From contig JAMOZY010000004.1 of assembly GCA_023667695.1 (NCBI GenBank), forward strand, positions 46,317 through 110,316: a stretch of DNA of 64,000 nucleotides, in the 5' to 3' direction. The position numbers and the translations under genes are program-made. The notes beneath the pieces are model-generated. The model did not search any database and was not told the DNA's origin. It saw only the letters and a program-made list of their open reading frames with translations. Positions 37,005-46,672 of the stretch are shown here, piece after piece (the first letter of the stretch is position 1; each line of letters begins with the position of its first letter). Origin of the DNA: Clostridium sp. (GTDB lineage Bacteria; Bacillota; Clostridia; Lachnospirales; Lachnospiraceae).

Positions 37005-38174
37005 ATGAATGTAATTTTTTGTAAGTGGACCAGCATCTGCGAAGATGCTATTGATACTGCGTTAGTACAATTAAATTGTAACATTACCCGTATTACTCAA
37101 TTGTTAGATAGTGTGGATTACGATACGAATTATATGAATACACTCTCTCAGACCTTAAGCAGCACATCTGCCAATTGTGTACTGTCTGTAAATTTTATTC
37201 CAATTATCGCCCGGGTCTGTAATGTATATAAGATTCCTTATATCTGCCTGATTGTAGACAGTCCATGCTTTCAGTTATACTCTGAAACCATTCGGCTTCC
37301 CTATAACCGGATTTTTATCTTTGACCGGGATTTATATCAGAAGTTCCATGCAGAAAACCCATCCTGTATTTTCCATATTCCTCTGGCTTCTAATGTAACC
37401 TTTTGGGATTCCGTCCTGGTGGGAAGCAAGGAACATGCCGCCTATGACTGTGACATCTCCTTTATTGGCTCTTTATATAGCGAAAAATGTAAATATAATC
37501 AAATTGAACAGAAGCTGCCACCCCGGATTCGAGGTTATGTTGATGGATTAATAGAAGCGCAGCTTCACATATCCGGTAATAATCTTCTACGGGAAAGTAT
37601 CACCGCGGAATTTGCCGAAGAATTCAAAACATACGCAGACTGGATTCCTTTAGAGCAGGATTACCAGGAGGATACGATTGGAATTGTTGCTGATACCTAT
37701 ATCGGCTATAAATGTACAGAGCAAGACCGTATCCGTACCCTAAATGCTTTGGCCGAACATTTTTCTGTTAACCTCTATACCCTAAGCGATACCTCCGCTT
37801 TGCCAAAGGTACATAACAAAGGGCCGGCAGATTCTAGAAATATGATGCCGCAAATAATCAAATGTAGCAAAATCAATTTAAACTTTACGAATATTCCAAT
37901 CAGCTCCGGACTGCCTCAGCGAATTTTTGATATTCTCGGCTGTGGAGGATTTTTAATGACAAATTTTCAGTCGGAATTACTCGACTGGTTTATTCCGGAT
38001 GAAGATTTGGTAATCTACTACTCCATTCCCGACCTTATAGAGAAAACAGCCTATTACCTGGAACACGAGGAAGAGCGGACTGCCATAGCAGAAAACGGTT
38101 ACCAAAAAACCGTCCGCCAGCATACCTATGCATTGCGTCTGGTACAAATGTTTGAATTGGCATTAAAAAACTGA
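37005..38174 (+). CDS. CgeB-like glycosyltransferase, paralog 2 (tandem duplicate)
   Basis: It shares the same conserved blocks as 35801-37003 and starts 1 nt after the paralog's stop. Confidence 0.65.
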   Translation: MNVIFCKWTSICEDAIDTALVQLNCNITRITQLLDSVDYDTNYMNTLSQTLSSTSANCVLSVNFIPIIARVCNVYKIPYICLIVDSPCFQLYSETIRLPYNRIFIFDRDLYQKFHAENPSCIFHIPLASNVTFWDSVLVGSKEHAAYDCDISFIGSLYSEKCKYNQIEQKLPPRIRGYVDGLIEAQLHISGNNLLRESITAEFAEEFKTYADWIPLEQDYQEDTIGIVADTYIGYKCTEQDRIRTLNALAEHFSVNLYTLSDTSALPKVHNKGPADSRNMMPQIIKCSKINLNFTNIPISSGLPQRIFDILGCGGFLMTNFQSELLDWFIPDEDLVIYYSIPDLIEKTAYYLEHEEERTAIAENGYQKTVRQHTYALRLVQMFELALKN

Positions 38175-38205
38175 GCCTCGTTTGTTATGCTGTCAAAAAC
38201 ACATA

Positions 38206-39213
38206 CTATAAAAACGTTTTCACCGCTTCTATTGGAAGAGAAAACTGACGGGAAATCTGCTCTAAAATTTCCCTTTCGTCCAATCCAAGCCTTTGCAGCA
38301 ATTGTACTGCTCCTCGGATTCCCTCTTGCCTACCTTGTTCCCGTCCTTCTTTCCGTCCTTCTTTCCGTCCTTCCTCCAGTCCTTTTGCTCGTCCTTCTTC
38401 AAGACCTTTCATCATGTAGTCCCGCTCAACAATATCCATCAACAAACACATATTCGTTTCCTCCTTCCGTTCTATCTGAAGCAAGGCTTCTCTCATAGCC
38501 CTCATTCTTTTATCGTTGCTCAACGCTACCAACATATCTAATAGCTGTTCCGGATGAATCAAAATCTGTCGGCTCTGGGTCCATTCTTCTATCAAGCCCT
38601 TTTCATCATCATAATATGCAAGATAATCTGCTATGATTCGGAAATCGGATTGATACCGCTTCCGTATTTCCTGTGGCTGGTTTACAAGAGAAATAACATG
38701 TATCCTGTAATCTCCTGTCATTTCCGTCCAGAAAATCTGTTCTTCGTTCGGAATATCCAATATATCACTTAATCTTAATGGATAATCCCACGCCTTTGTC
38801 CCAAAATATAAGATACAGGTCACTACCGGCAATAACCGCTGTTCATCATGCAGCACTTTGGCAAATGCGGATTGACCCTTCCGGTTATTCTCAGCTGTTA
38901 TCCTGTGAATCTGTTTCATATAGGCTGTGTAAGCATATCCCATATCTCGAATCGGCATCACATTATTTCTATCCGTCTGGGCTTCATATCCGATATATCC
39001 AATACACCTTCCCCGTTTATATACCTTTCGGAAACAGTCCCGCACCATAGCATGATATTCCCCACCCAAACCTTTATAACCAGTTTCCGTTGGTACTTCT
39101 TCTAAATCCTCCGAATGCAGTACCTGCCTGCCTCCAAACAGATTTACATTCGCAATATCTGCAAATATATCATCCTGCTCTAAAAGCCCCTTTATCGCTA
39201 TATCCTTTTTCAT
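38206..39213 (-). CDS. Rpn/YhgA-like PD-(D/E)XK recombination-promoting nuclease (putative transposase family)
   Basis: 335 aa. N-terminus reads MKKDIAIKGLLEQDDIFADIANVNLFGG, and the C-terminus has EEGR/KEGR repeats typical of this family. About 310 bp of AT-rich non-coding DNA lies upstream of its start. Confidence 0.7.
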   Translation of the reverse strand: MKKDIAIKGLLEQDDIFADIANVNLFGGRQVLHSEDLEEVPTETGYKGLGGEYHAMVRDCFRKVYKRGRCIGYIGYEAQTDRNNVMPIRDMGYAYTAYMKQIHRITAENNRKGQSAFAKVLHDEQRLLPVVTCILYFGTKAWDYPLRLSDILDIPNEEQIFWTEMTGDYRIHVISLVNQPQEIRKRYQSDFRIIADYLAYYDDEKGLIEEWTQSRQILIHPEQLLDMLVALSNDKRMRAMREALLQIERKEETNMCLLMDIVERDYMMKGLEEGRAKGLEEGRKEGRKEGREQGRQEGIRGAVQLLQRLGLDEREILEQISRQFSLPIEAVKTFL

Positions 39214-39524
39214 GGCATTCCTCCTTATCTCACAGGAATACCAAATTCTCGCTTCCTGCTTTCTTATTCACAACTTATTTTTGAATAAAAGCAAGAATTT
39301 ACGATATGTACTGAATGATTAGAATTTTGATTTTCAGATTTTCCTTGCTTGTGTCGTAATTATAACATAGTTTAAATAAAAAATCAATACAAGAAAAAGT
39401 AATTTTACTATTTTTATTATTATATGATATTCTATTTTTTACAGCACCGATATGACATCCCAAAATAGGAATCAACTCAATATAAATACTCCAACTCCTT
39501 TATAATCATTAATTACTACAACAA

Positions 39525-41582
39525 TTATCTATAGATTAGAATCGGTGCTATATGTTTCAATACTATATTCAAATACTTCTGACATAACTCATCATTTTGA
39601 ATCCGTTTTCCCTGCAGGTCCTCCAGCCAGTAAGTATAATCCGCCAATTCAAATCGGCCCTCATCCGTAACCGGATATGGATTGATAAAGAAGAAGGTTT
39701 CTTCTTTTGCAAAAATCGCAGCCTGATATGAATCCTTGGGATGTATACTTTCTGTCAAAGCATATTCCCGTTCTTCAGCGCCTCCAAAAATCTTTGGTAA
39801 TCTTCCATCAATCGGTACTTCCGGTTGTTTTACTTCTGCCAGCCTTCGCAGAATACAACTATAATCACAGGCAGACATAATCTCACTCACTACACCCTTG
39901 CCTTCTGCTGTCCCGCCCCGAAACATAAATGCTACATTGGAACGTTCCTTAGAAAGAAAATGCCGGTCCGCTTCAACCAAATATCCCTGTCCGTGATCAG
40001 CAAATAAGGATACTACGATTTCATCCTCCTGATAATGCTCCTCCAGATACATATACAAATATTGCAGCCAACGGTCACAATAGGTTGCCAGACGAATATA
40101 TGCTGCTTTTTTATTATTGCTGTAGCTTTGTTTTGCAGAGGTTTTCCCTTTATCCTCATATGTCCGAAGCTCCAGCGGCAAATCCTTTTCAACCTCCAAT
40201 GGCAGACCATCCCCATCTGCAACATCATGCAAATCTCCAATGGAAATCCAAAAATATTGATTTACATCCCGGAATGCCTCCAAGTGATTGATGGCTTCTG
40301 CAATCACCTCTTGAACCTTAAAGCCTGCCTTTTGATGCTGATACACAAAACGGTCATATCCTCTGTCATGCCCATTTGTGGGAGTAATTCTCCAGTCACC
40401 GGCTATATTGGCAGTATAATATCCATCATTTTTAAAATACTCCGCTACGGTTGGTATATCTAAAGGCATAGAGCAATCTAATACATTATGAAACAGCATA
40501 TGATGTGTGGTATCCAGTCCTGTAACATAGGTTGCAATACTCGGCTGTGTCCACTCGGATGCACTATAGGCGCGATTACAAATAGTTCCTTTCTTAAAAT
40601 ACCGATAGGTATATGGCATTATTTTTTCAAAATCCGTGCCTTGTATTACCTGCTGCGCCATACCGTCCAGGAAAATACTCAATACCAATCGTTTCTTTTC
40701 CGGATTTCTTTTTAATGGAATTGGATTCCCATAGTAGCTTTTATTTGCAGACAAAATATATGTATTATTGGGAATACGATAATAATTAAACTGATTGGGA
40801 TGATATTGCGCTACCGGATATTCCTTTTCTCCTATACGAAACATGTGCATTGTATTTTTTTTACTACAGGCAATCGGCAAAAGATACTCGATTGAATCTT
40901 CCGGATTCTCAGTGTCAATAATTCTTATCTCTTGCCCTTCCCTTACATGCAAAAACTCCCCCTTCATATGTATAACATCCATGTTAAGATTCTCTTTCTG
41001 AAAATCTTTGCTTAGAAACTGGTCTTTAAACACCCCTACAAATCTTCGTTCTCCCAAATTGGCCTGAAAATATTTTCCCACAATCTGACTGTAATTCCGG
41101 AAGGAAATATCATTAAAGCCCCAGCCCTGCATAGATAAAGCCTTTAATACATCGAACTTCTTCCGCTCTGTCTCAAATTCTTCCCAGTCAGAAAGCTGAT
41201 TCATTCTCTCTACGAAATTTTCTAACATCTGGGAAGCTCTCTCTTCCAAATCCAGTTCCTTTAATTTTTCATCCTTCATATAATCATATAAAAATATGGC
41301 CCGCTGATAATTCAGATAAGCCTCCAGCCATTGTCCCATCAGTTCATAGATGTATGCCAGATTATAATACATATCACCACTAACAGGCAGACGGCGAACT
41401 CCCAGCAAAGCCAGCTCTGCTGCCGCTTCCAAATCATTATTTAATAAATGATAGCTCATTTTCATAGAAACCAGATCAATATCATCCGGTATCTCCTTCT
41501 CATATTGAGCAAGCAACTGCTTTGCCTCTTCCATATTCCCATCTGACAGACAGGTTTCGATTTTATCTTTTATTATGCTCAT
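39525..41582 (-). CDS. Soluble TPR-repeat protein fused to an alkaline-phosphatase/sulfatase-fold domain (putative phosphotransferase)
   Basis: No TM segment was seen. The N-terminal about 110 aa are TPR-like. The core has LSIFLDGM (metal-ligand Asp context) and SEWTQPSIATYVTG. That motif has Thr where sulfatases carry the Cys/Ser-x-Pro-x-Arg nucleophile, as in LtaS/EptA-type transferases. Confidence 0.6.
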   Translation of the reverse strand: MSIIKDKIETCLSDGNMEEAKQLLAQYEKEIPDDIDLVSMKMSYHLLNNDLEAAAELALLGVRRLPVSGDMYYNLAYIYELMGQWLEAYLNYQRAIFLYDYMKDEKLKELDLEERASQMLENFVERMNQLSDWEEFETERKKFDVLKALSMQGWGFNDISFRNYSQIVGKYFQANLGERRFVGVFKDQFLSKDFQKENLNMDVIHMKGEFLHVREGQEIRIIDTENPEDSIEYLLPIACSKKNTMHMFRIGEKEYPVAQYHPNQFNYYRIPNNTYILSANKSYYGNPIPLKRNPEKKRLVLSIFLDGMAQQVIQGTDFEKIMPYTYRYFKKGTICNRAYSASEWTQPSIATYVTGLDTTHHMLFHNVLDCSMPLDIPTVAEYFKNDGYYTANIAGDWRITPTNGHDRGYDRFVYQHQKAGFKVQEVIAEAINHLEAFRDVNQYFWISIGDLHDVADGDGLPLEVEKDLPLELRTYEDKGKTSAKQSYSNNKKAAYIRLATYCDRWLQYLYMYLEEHYQEDEIVVSLFADHGQGYLVEADRHFLSKERSNVAFMFRGGTAEGKGVVSEIMSACDYSCILRRLAEVKQPEVPIDGRLPKIFGGAEEREYALTESIHPKDSYQAAIFAKEETFFFINPYPVTDEGRFELADYTYWLEDLQGKRIQNDELCQKYLNIVLKHIAPILIYR

Positions 41583-41614
41583 TTGTATTACCTCCTTGAA
41601 TAGAAATGTCCATC

Positions 41615-43426
41615 CTATAATCCAAACTCTTTTCTAAATGCATCAATCAGCTTGTCGTTATCTCCCTCTGTACGAACTGCGATTCTCAGGAATTCCCCTC
41701 CCATCACCTTTCCGGTTAAATCCTTTAGAAGCAGGGAATGCTTTGCAAACATACGCTTCGTCAACTCTGCTGCTGTCATGCCATTTGTAATTTCCAGCAT
41801 AATATAATTCGCTTGAGACGGAATAACACGAAGACCCGGTATCTTCTCCAGCTTCTGCCGGAATCGGGAGCGCTCATTTCGAAGCAGCGATAATGCTGCT
41901 TTATAATCTCCTGCATATTTCTCTGCAATCTGCATGTAGAATTCTGCGAAAGAATTAATATTCCAGATTGTAACATCCTGCTTCAGGCTTACAATTAATT
42001 CTGTATTCCCGCTCGCCAATATTCCTAATCTTAATCCTGGAATGCCATAGGATTTGGAAATACTCTTCATAACTACCAAATGTGGATTTTCTTTAAGCAG
42101 CTTCTGCTCCAGCAGAGAACTATCTTCTTCCTCTGCAAAATCTACAAAAGACTCATCCACTACAAGTACAATATTCCTCTCTTTCGTCCATCGTATCAGC
42201 TTTTTCAGCTCTGCTTTGCAGATATAATTTCCGGAAGGGTTATCCGGATTAATCAGAATTAAATTATTTATCTCTTTTTCTCCAAAAAATCCCATTAAAT
42301 CCGACACATTATAACAAAAGTCTTTTGTTTGTGGTATAAATTCCACTATGTTTTCTCTATTATAACGATTCGGATACTCCTCAAAGGTTGGTCTTACAAA
42401 CCCGGTCTTTCCTCTCAGCCGCAGCATCAGGGAACGAATCAGTTCTGCCGCTCCATTGCCAACAAGAATATTTTCTTGTGAAACTCCAAAATTCCGGGAA
42501 GCAAGCAGCGTATTTATCTGCATACCAGACGGATATTGTGTTAACAGAATATCCAGATTCGCTTTCAATTCATCTATCAGCTTTTGAGGCGGAAAGTATG
42601 GATTTACCAGATAGCAAAAGTCAATCAATTTTGGATACCTCCAGTAGCCCCCATAGCGCTTCTGAAGCATCGAAACCCGTTGACCTTCATCCGAACAAAA
42701 CATAGATTCCGCTATATCCAAATCCTGGATATCATCTATCTCATACCATGCCTGACCACTTAATCGCTTTGCTGAAATCCCCGGCTCATCTAACATGGTA
42801 ATAACCCGAAGTACCTGTTCATAATATTCATTATTTCCTAGCGCATGACAATATGCTTCCAAAAACGGAACATAGTGAGTCTCGGAAAATTTTCTGCTAA
42901 ATTTATATACATTAACCGTTTTATAATAATCCTTTATCTCTTCAAATCGAAAACTCTTTCCCGGTATAAAAGCTACAATCGAATCATCCTCCCCCAGCTT
43001 TACACATGTGCCGTTCATCCAGCTTTCATACTTATCTACCAGTGCTAATGTATCTCTTTTATCATTCATAAGTTCTTCCAAAACTGCATCTTCAAAAATC
43101 AAATCAGACTCTAATAAAAGCGTATCCTTTTCTAAAAGATAATCCTTTGCCAGATACAGGGAATAGATATTATTGGTCTTATCATAAATCTTATTTTCCA
43201 CATAAATAATCGGCGTTTTTGTAGGAAGCTCCTGAATATATTCCTTTAGTATCTTCTGCTTATAACCGACAACAATTACAATCCGTTCCAATGCCAAAGC
43301 ATCCAATTGACGAAGCATACGTTCAATCAGAGTCTCTCCATTCACACGAATCATACACTTTGTATTATGCTCGGTTAATTCTTTTAATCGTTTTCCCATT
43401 CCTGCCGCTAAAATGATTGCCTGCAT
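41615..43426 (-). CDS. Fusion protein: LicC-like phospho-base nucleotidyltransferase (N-terminal) plus class I/II PLP enzyme of the HisC/CobD type (C-terminal)
   Basis: The N-terminus reads MQAIILAAGMGKRL...VVGYK...NNIYSLYLAKD, resembling LicC. The C-terminus reads IDFCYLVNPYFPP...NPDNPSGN...SISKSYGIPGLRLG, which includes the PLP-lysine motif. ATG 43426 follows a GAGGAG RBS. Confidence 0.7.
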   Translation of the reverse strand: MQAIILAAGMGKRLKELTEHNTKCMIRVNGETLIERMLRQLDALALERIVIVVGYKQKILKEYIQELPTKTPIIYVENKIYDKTNNIYSLYLAKDYLLEKDTLLLESDLIFEDAVLEELMNDKRDTLALVDKYESWMNGTCVKLGEDDSIVAFIPGKSFRFEEIKDYYKTVNVYKFSRKFSETHYVPFLEAYCHALGNNEYYEQVLRVITMLDEPGISAKRLSGQAWYEIDDIQDLDIAESMFCSDEGQRVSMLQKRYGGYWRYPKLIDFCYLVNPYFPPQKLIDELKANLDILLTQYPSGMQINTLLASRNFGVSQENILVGNGAAELIRSLMLRLRGKTGFVRPTFEEYPNRYNRENIVEFIPQTKDFCYNVSDLMGFFGEKEINNLILINPDNPSGNYICKAELKKLIRWTKERNIVLVVDESFVDFAEEEDSSLLEQKLLKENPHLVVMKSISKSYGIPGLRLGILASGNTELIVSLKQDVTIWNINSFAEFYMQIAEKYAGDYKAALSLLRNERSRFRQKLEKIPGLRVIPSQANYIMLEITNGMTAAELTKRMFAKHSLLLKDLTGKVMGGEFLRIAVRTEGDNDKLIDAFRKEFGL

Positions 43427-43655
43427 TGTTCCACTCCTCATTCGTATAAGCTGCTACTATCTCATTTTCTATTAAATGTAAACTTAACTATATTTTATCC
43501 CATCTAACTTGATAAAACAATATAAACCTATCATCCATTCAGCTTACATTTATATCACCATAGCATCCCTTATTAATGTTTTATTCATTTACTTATAATA
43601 CCTGTATGCTTTTTGAAAAAGAATATATGCTATGTTAAATGGAGGGAGTCAAAAG

Positions 43656-44060
43656 ATGTCATCAATACTATCAAAAAGTACAAATTGCAAAGAAAGGATT
43701 CGAAATATCAGAAACCAGCTCGGATTCACGCAGGAGGTCATGGCAGAACGCCTGGATATATCTTATTCTGCCTACAAAAAACTAGAAAGCGGCGAAAACT
43801 TTCCATCCATGGATACTCTGTATAAATACAAAAAGCAGTTTCATATATCTGCTGATTATTTATTGTTTGGGGAATTGCATTCTCCTGAAGATACCTGGGA
43901 ACAGTTCTTGAATTCCTCTACCAAAGACCAAATGGAATTATACTATCGCATTCTTTATTATGTTTCACATTTCCCAAAGATAAATGTTTTGACGGAACAG
44001 GAAGAGAAGGAAATTACGAATTATCTGAAGGAGATTTTTCCGTCTGAAAAAGAGACATGA
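43656..44060 (+). CDS. XRE-family helix-turn-helix transcriptional regulator
   Basis: IRNIRNQLGFTQEVMAERLDISYSAYKKLESGE is a canonical HTH_3. ATG 43656 follows a GGAGGGA RBS. Confidence 0.8.
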   Translation: MSSILSKSTNCKERIRNIRNQLGFTQEVMAERLDISYSAYKKLESGENFPSMDTLYKYKKQFHISADYLLFGELHSPEDTWEQFLNSSTKDQMELYYRILYYVSHFPKINVLTEQEEKEITNYLKEIFPSEKET

Positions 44061-44074
44061 TGGGTATCAGAATA

Positions 44075-44117
44075 AAAGAGCCAAGAACATCAGTTTTACT
44101 AATGATTTTGGCTCTTT
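44075..44117. terminator. 10-bp stem hairpin between convergent genes
   Basis: AAAGAGCCAA (44075-44084) pairs with TTGGCTCTTT (44108-44117). The 23-nt loop is long, so terminator function is uncertain. Confidence 0.4.
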
Positions 44118-44131
44118 CATCATAAAAATTA

Positions 44132-44770
44132 TTATTTATTCATCTCCTTTTGTATCAAAAACCAAGTCCCATCATCCATAGGGAAATTATTATCTCTATG
44201 GTATATAAATCCATAATCTACTAATATACAATCCGGAAACATATCCAGAAATTCTCCAGCAAAATCTCTTTTAAATAAACGTTGTTCATATCCGCGATAA
44301 TTTACTTCAACAGGAGTCGGATTATAGTATTCCGATATCAAAATATATTTTTTAGATGTGTGATATAATTTTTGATAAACGTTTTTTAATTCATCTGGAT
44401 TAATATGAATTAATACGCCTGTAGTAAAAGTCAAATCATAAATATCAGTAATATCTACATTCAATATAGAATCGTGATATATTTTTACATCTAAATCAGC
44501 ATCCTCTTTCATAATCTGTACAGCAGTGTCATTAATTTCTATTGCACCAATCCCCATATTAGGAAATAGGGTCTTTATTGCTTTAAGATTAAATCCAATA
44601 TTAGAACCAAACTCCAAACAGCTTTTTACACCATTTGTTTTAGACAAGACCATACTCCAAAAATGAATTTTATTACACAAATAACTGTTTTCCGCATTTC
44701 TGTTAATATACTCTGTTCCAAATTCACCTTTCCAAAATTTTTCCTGATCTGTTTTATAATTGTTTTCCAT
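44132..44770 (-). CDS. Pseudaminic acid biosynthesis-associated methylase (TIGR03587-like)
   Basis: The N-terminus DQEKFWKGEFGTEYINRN and the SAM-MT core EFGSNIGFNL match my recollection of this family. It is adjacent to pseF. Confidence 0.65.
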   Translation of the reverse strand: MENNYKTDQEKFWKGEFGTEYINRNAENSYLCNKIHFWSMVLSKTNGVKSCLEFGSNIGFNLKAIKTLFPNMGIGAIEINDTAVQIMKEDADLDVKIYHDSILNVDITDIYDLTFTTGVLIHINPDELKNVYQKLYHTSKKYILISEYYNPTPVEVNYRGYEQRLFKRDFAGEFLDMFPDCILVDYGFIYHRDNNFPMDDGTWFLIQKEMNK

Positions 44771-44836
44771 TAAATTATTCTCCTCTCATAAAATAATAAC
44801 TATTTATAATTTATCACAAATTTTCAGATACAACAA

Positions 44837-45553
44837 CTACCTGTCACCTGCGTTTTCCTCCTCCTTTCCATTTAATAACTTATACTTCATTTCCGCAAGT
44901 TTCCAATCAACTTCATTATCTATATCTTGCACCTGAAGTTCCGATATAATGATTGGTAAAAAATCATCTTCAATAATAGCTCTCTTTTGAATAAGTTTAT
45001 CAACATTGTAAACATAAAACTGACCTGCATCATGATATAATTTATCCAAATCCTGTGATCTGGTTTGAACATATTGCGGATACTTAAACACTGCATAGCC
45101 ATCGGGTTCAATTATAAAACATCGTTGTGGTGGATATGAAAATTGTACTACCGGAAATACCATTGCAGGATTATTCTTTTTCATTTTTTCCATTGCTTCT
45201 ATTAATATCTCTGAAGTAATAAATGGTGCTGTTGGATATAAACAACATGCATAATCATATACATAACCCATTTCTCGATATCGCTCTACCACCTCAAGCA
45301 TCACCGCATCCGTCGTAGCAAAATCTCCTGAATTAATTTCTGACCTCATAAACGGTATAGATGCCCCATAAGTACGAGCAATTTCAGCAATCTCCTCACT
45401 ATCAGTTGATACCATTACTTCATCAAATAAATTACTGTCAAGTGCAGATTTTATAGAATAAGAAATAATGGGCTTGCCGCAAAATGACCTAATATTCTTT
45501 TTGGGAATTCTTTTGCTCCCTCCTCGTGCAACAACAACCGCTAATGCCTTCAT
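44837..45553 (-). CDS. pseF: Pseudaminic acid cytidylyltransferase
   Basis: The sequence MKALAVVVARGGSKRIPKKNIRSFCGKPIISYSI places it in the CMP-NulO synthetase family. Start taken at ATG 45553. Confidence 0.75.
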   Translation of the reverse strand: MKALAVVVARGGSKRIPKKNIRSFCGKPIISYSIKSALDSNLFDEVMVSTDSEEIAEIARTYGASIPFMRSEINSGDFATTDAVMLEVVERYREMGYVYDYACCLYPTAPFITSEILIEAMEKMKKNNPAMVFPVVQFSYPPQRCFIIEPDGYAVFKYPQYVQTRSQDLDKLYHDAGQFYVYNVDKLIQKRAIIEDDFLPIIISELQVQDIDNEVDWKLAEMKYKLLNGKEEENAGDR

Positions 45554-45604
45554 CTCAAACCCTCCATACAAGTTAATCTTATTAATACTGTATTTTACAA
45601 AATC

Positions 45605-46672
45605 TTAATCTTTCCTCCAGAGTTTTTCTATTTCTTCTGCAACTCTTTTTGTGCCATTTCCATCTACCAAAGCTTTCATTCTTTGCCCCATTATGTACCT
45701 TGCTTGGGTGTTTTTCTTTAAATATGTAATGTAAAAAAATATTTTTTTTATACATTGCTCCTTTTGAAACCGCAAATCTCCTGCATATAACATAATATCA
45801 TCTCTTGAAAAACAAAGACCATCATACTGTTGATTATCCACCATACAAAAAAATACTGTCGGTAATCCTACTGCACAACACTCATACAAAGTTGTTCCTG
45901 CTGCTGATACGGCAATATCGCACATCTGCATAAGACTCGCCATATCTTTTACATTTTGATGGACATAAATATTGGAATTCCTTTTCTCAAAATCTCTTAA
46001 AACATCTATTTGTGGGTGATAGGCTCCGGCTACTATATGATAAATATCTTTACTGATCAACCCATTTTCATCTCCATACCTTAAAATATCACTAAGTATA
46101 TGAAATGGATCTCCACCTCCACACATTAACAGAATTTCCAATGAATTCTGTCCTTTTTCTTCCTTCACATCTATACATTCCTGATTTTGAAACTGTTCTC
46201 GTAATGGAGTATAATCCATACCAAGCAAAAGCTTCGTAGCTTTTCCACTATAAGCAAAATCATAATTAAACAATTTATAATAAATGGTGTAATTAATAAG
46301 CATATCAACATCATATACACCCGCAAACAAATCATCCATGTATATTAATTTTGCATACTCTTTTAACTTTAAAAAATATCCATTATCGACTGCATAGGAA
46401 TCAACTAATAATACCGGTTTCTCTAATTCCATATTGCTTGCTAAAATTGCCCTTAACACCTCTATTTCTTTTTCTGAACCTAAGTGTCTCCAATCTGTAT
46501 GCAAAATCTGATAGGAAAATTCTGTATCTCTCAACAAACGTATAGATTTCTCATCAGAAAGCAGAAATTGAACCTTCATACCACGACTTGCCAATTCCTT
46601 TGCAATAGAAATACAGCGCATGATATGACCAGTAGCAATTATTTCATTTGCATCCGTTCTAATGTATATCAT
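45605..46672 (-). CDS. pseG: UDP-2,4-diacetamido-2,4,6-trideoxy-beta-L-altropyranose hydrolase
   Basis: MIYIRTDANEIIATGHIMRCISIAKEL is a PseG-type N-terminus, followed by a GT-B-like C-terminal half. Confidence 0.7.
   Translation of the reverse strand: MIYIRTDANEIIATGHIMRCISIAKELASRGMKVQFLLSDEKSIRLLRDTEFSYQILHTDWRHLGSEKEIEVLRAILASNMELEKPVLLVDSYAVDNGYFLKLKEYAKLIYMDDLFAGVYDVDMLINYTIYYKLFNYDFAYSGKATKLLLGMDYTPLREQFQNQECIDVKEEKGQNSLEILLMCGGGDPFHILSDILRYGDENGLISKDIYHIVAGAYHPQIDVLRDFEKRNSNIYVHQNVKDMASLMQMCDIAVSAAGTTLYECCAVGLPTVFFCMVDNQQYDGLCFSRDDIMLYAGDLRFQKEQCIKKIFFYITYLKKNTQARYIMGQRMKALVDGNGTKRVAEEIEKLWRKD

Noticed and set aside
39440-39455. CCGATAT (sigma-28 -10-like) on the plus strand in the AT-rich spacer
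   Set aside because: There is no TAAA-like -35 at the right spacing, and it points into the 3' end of a minus-strand gene.
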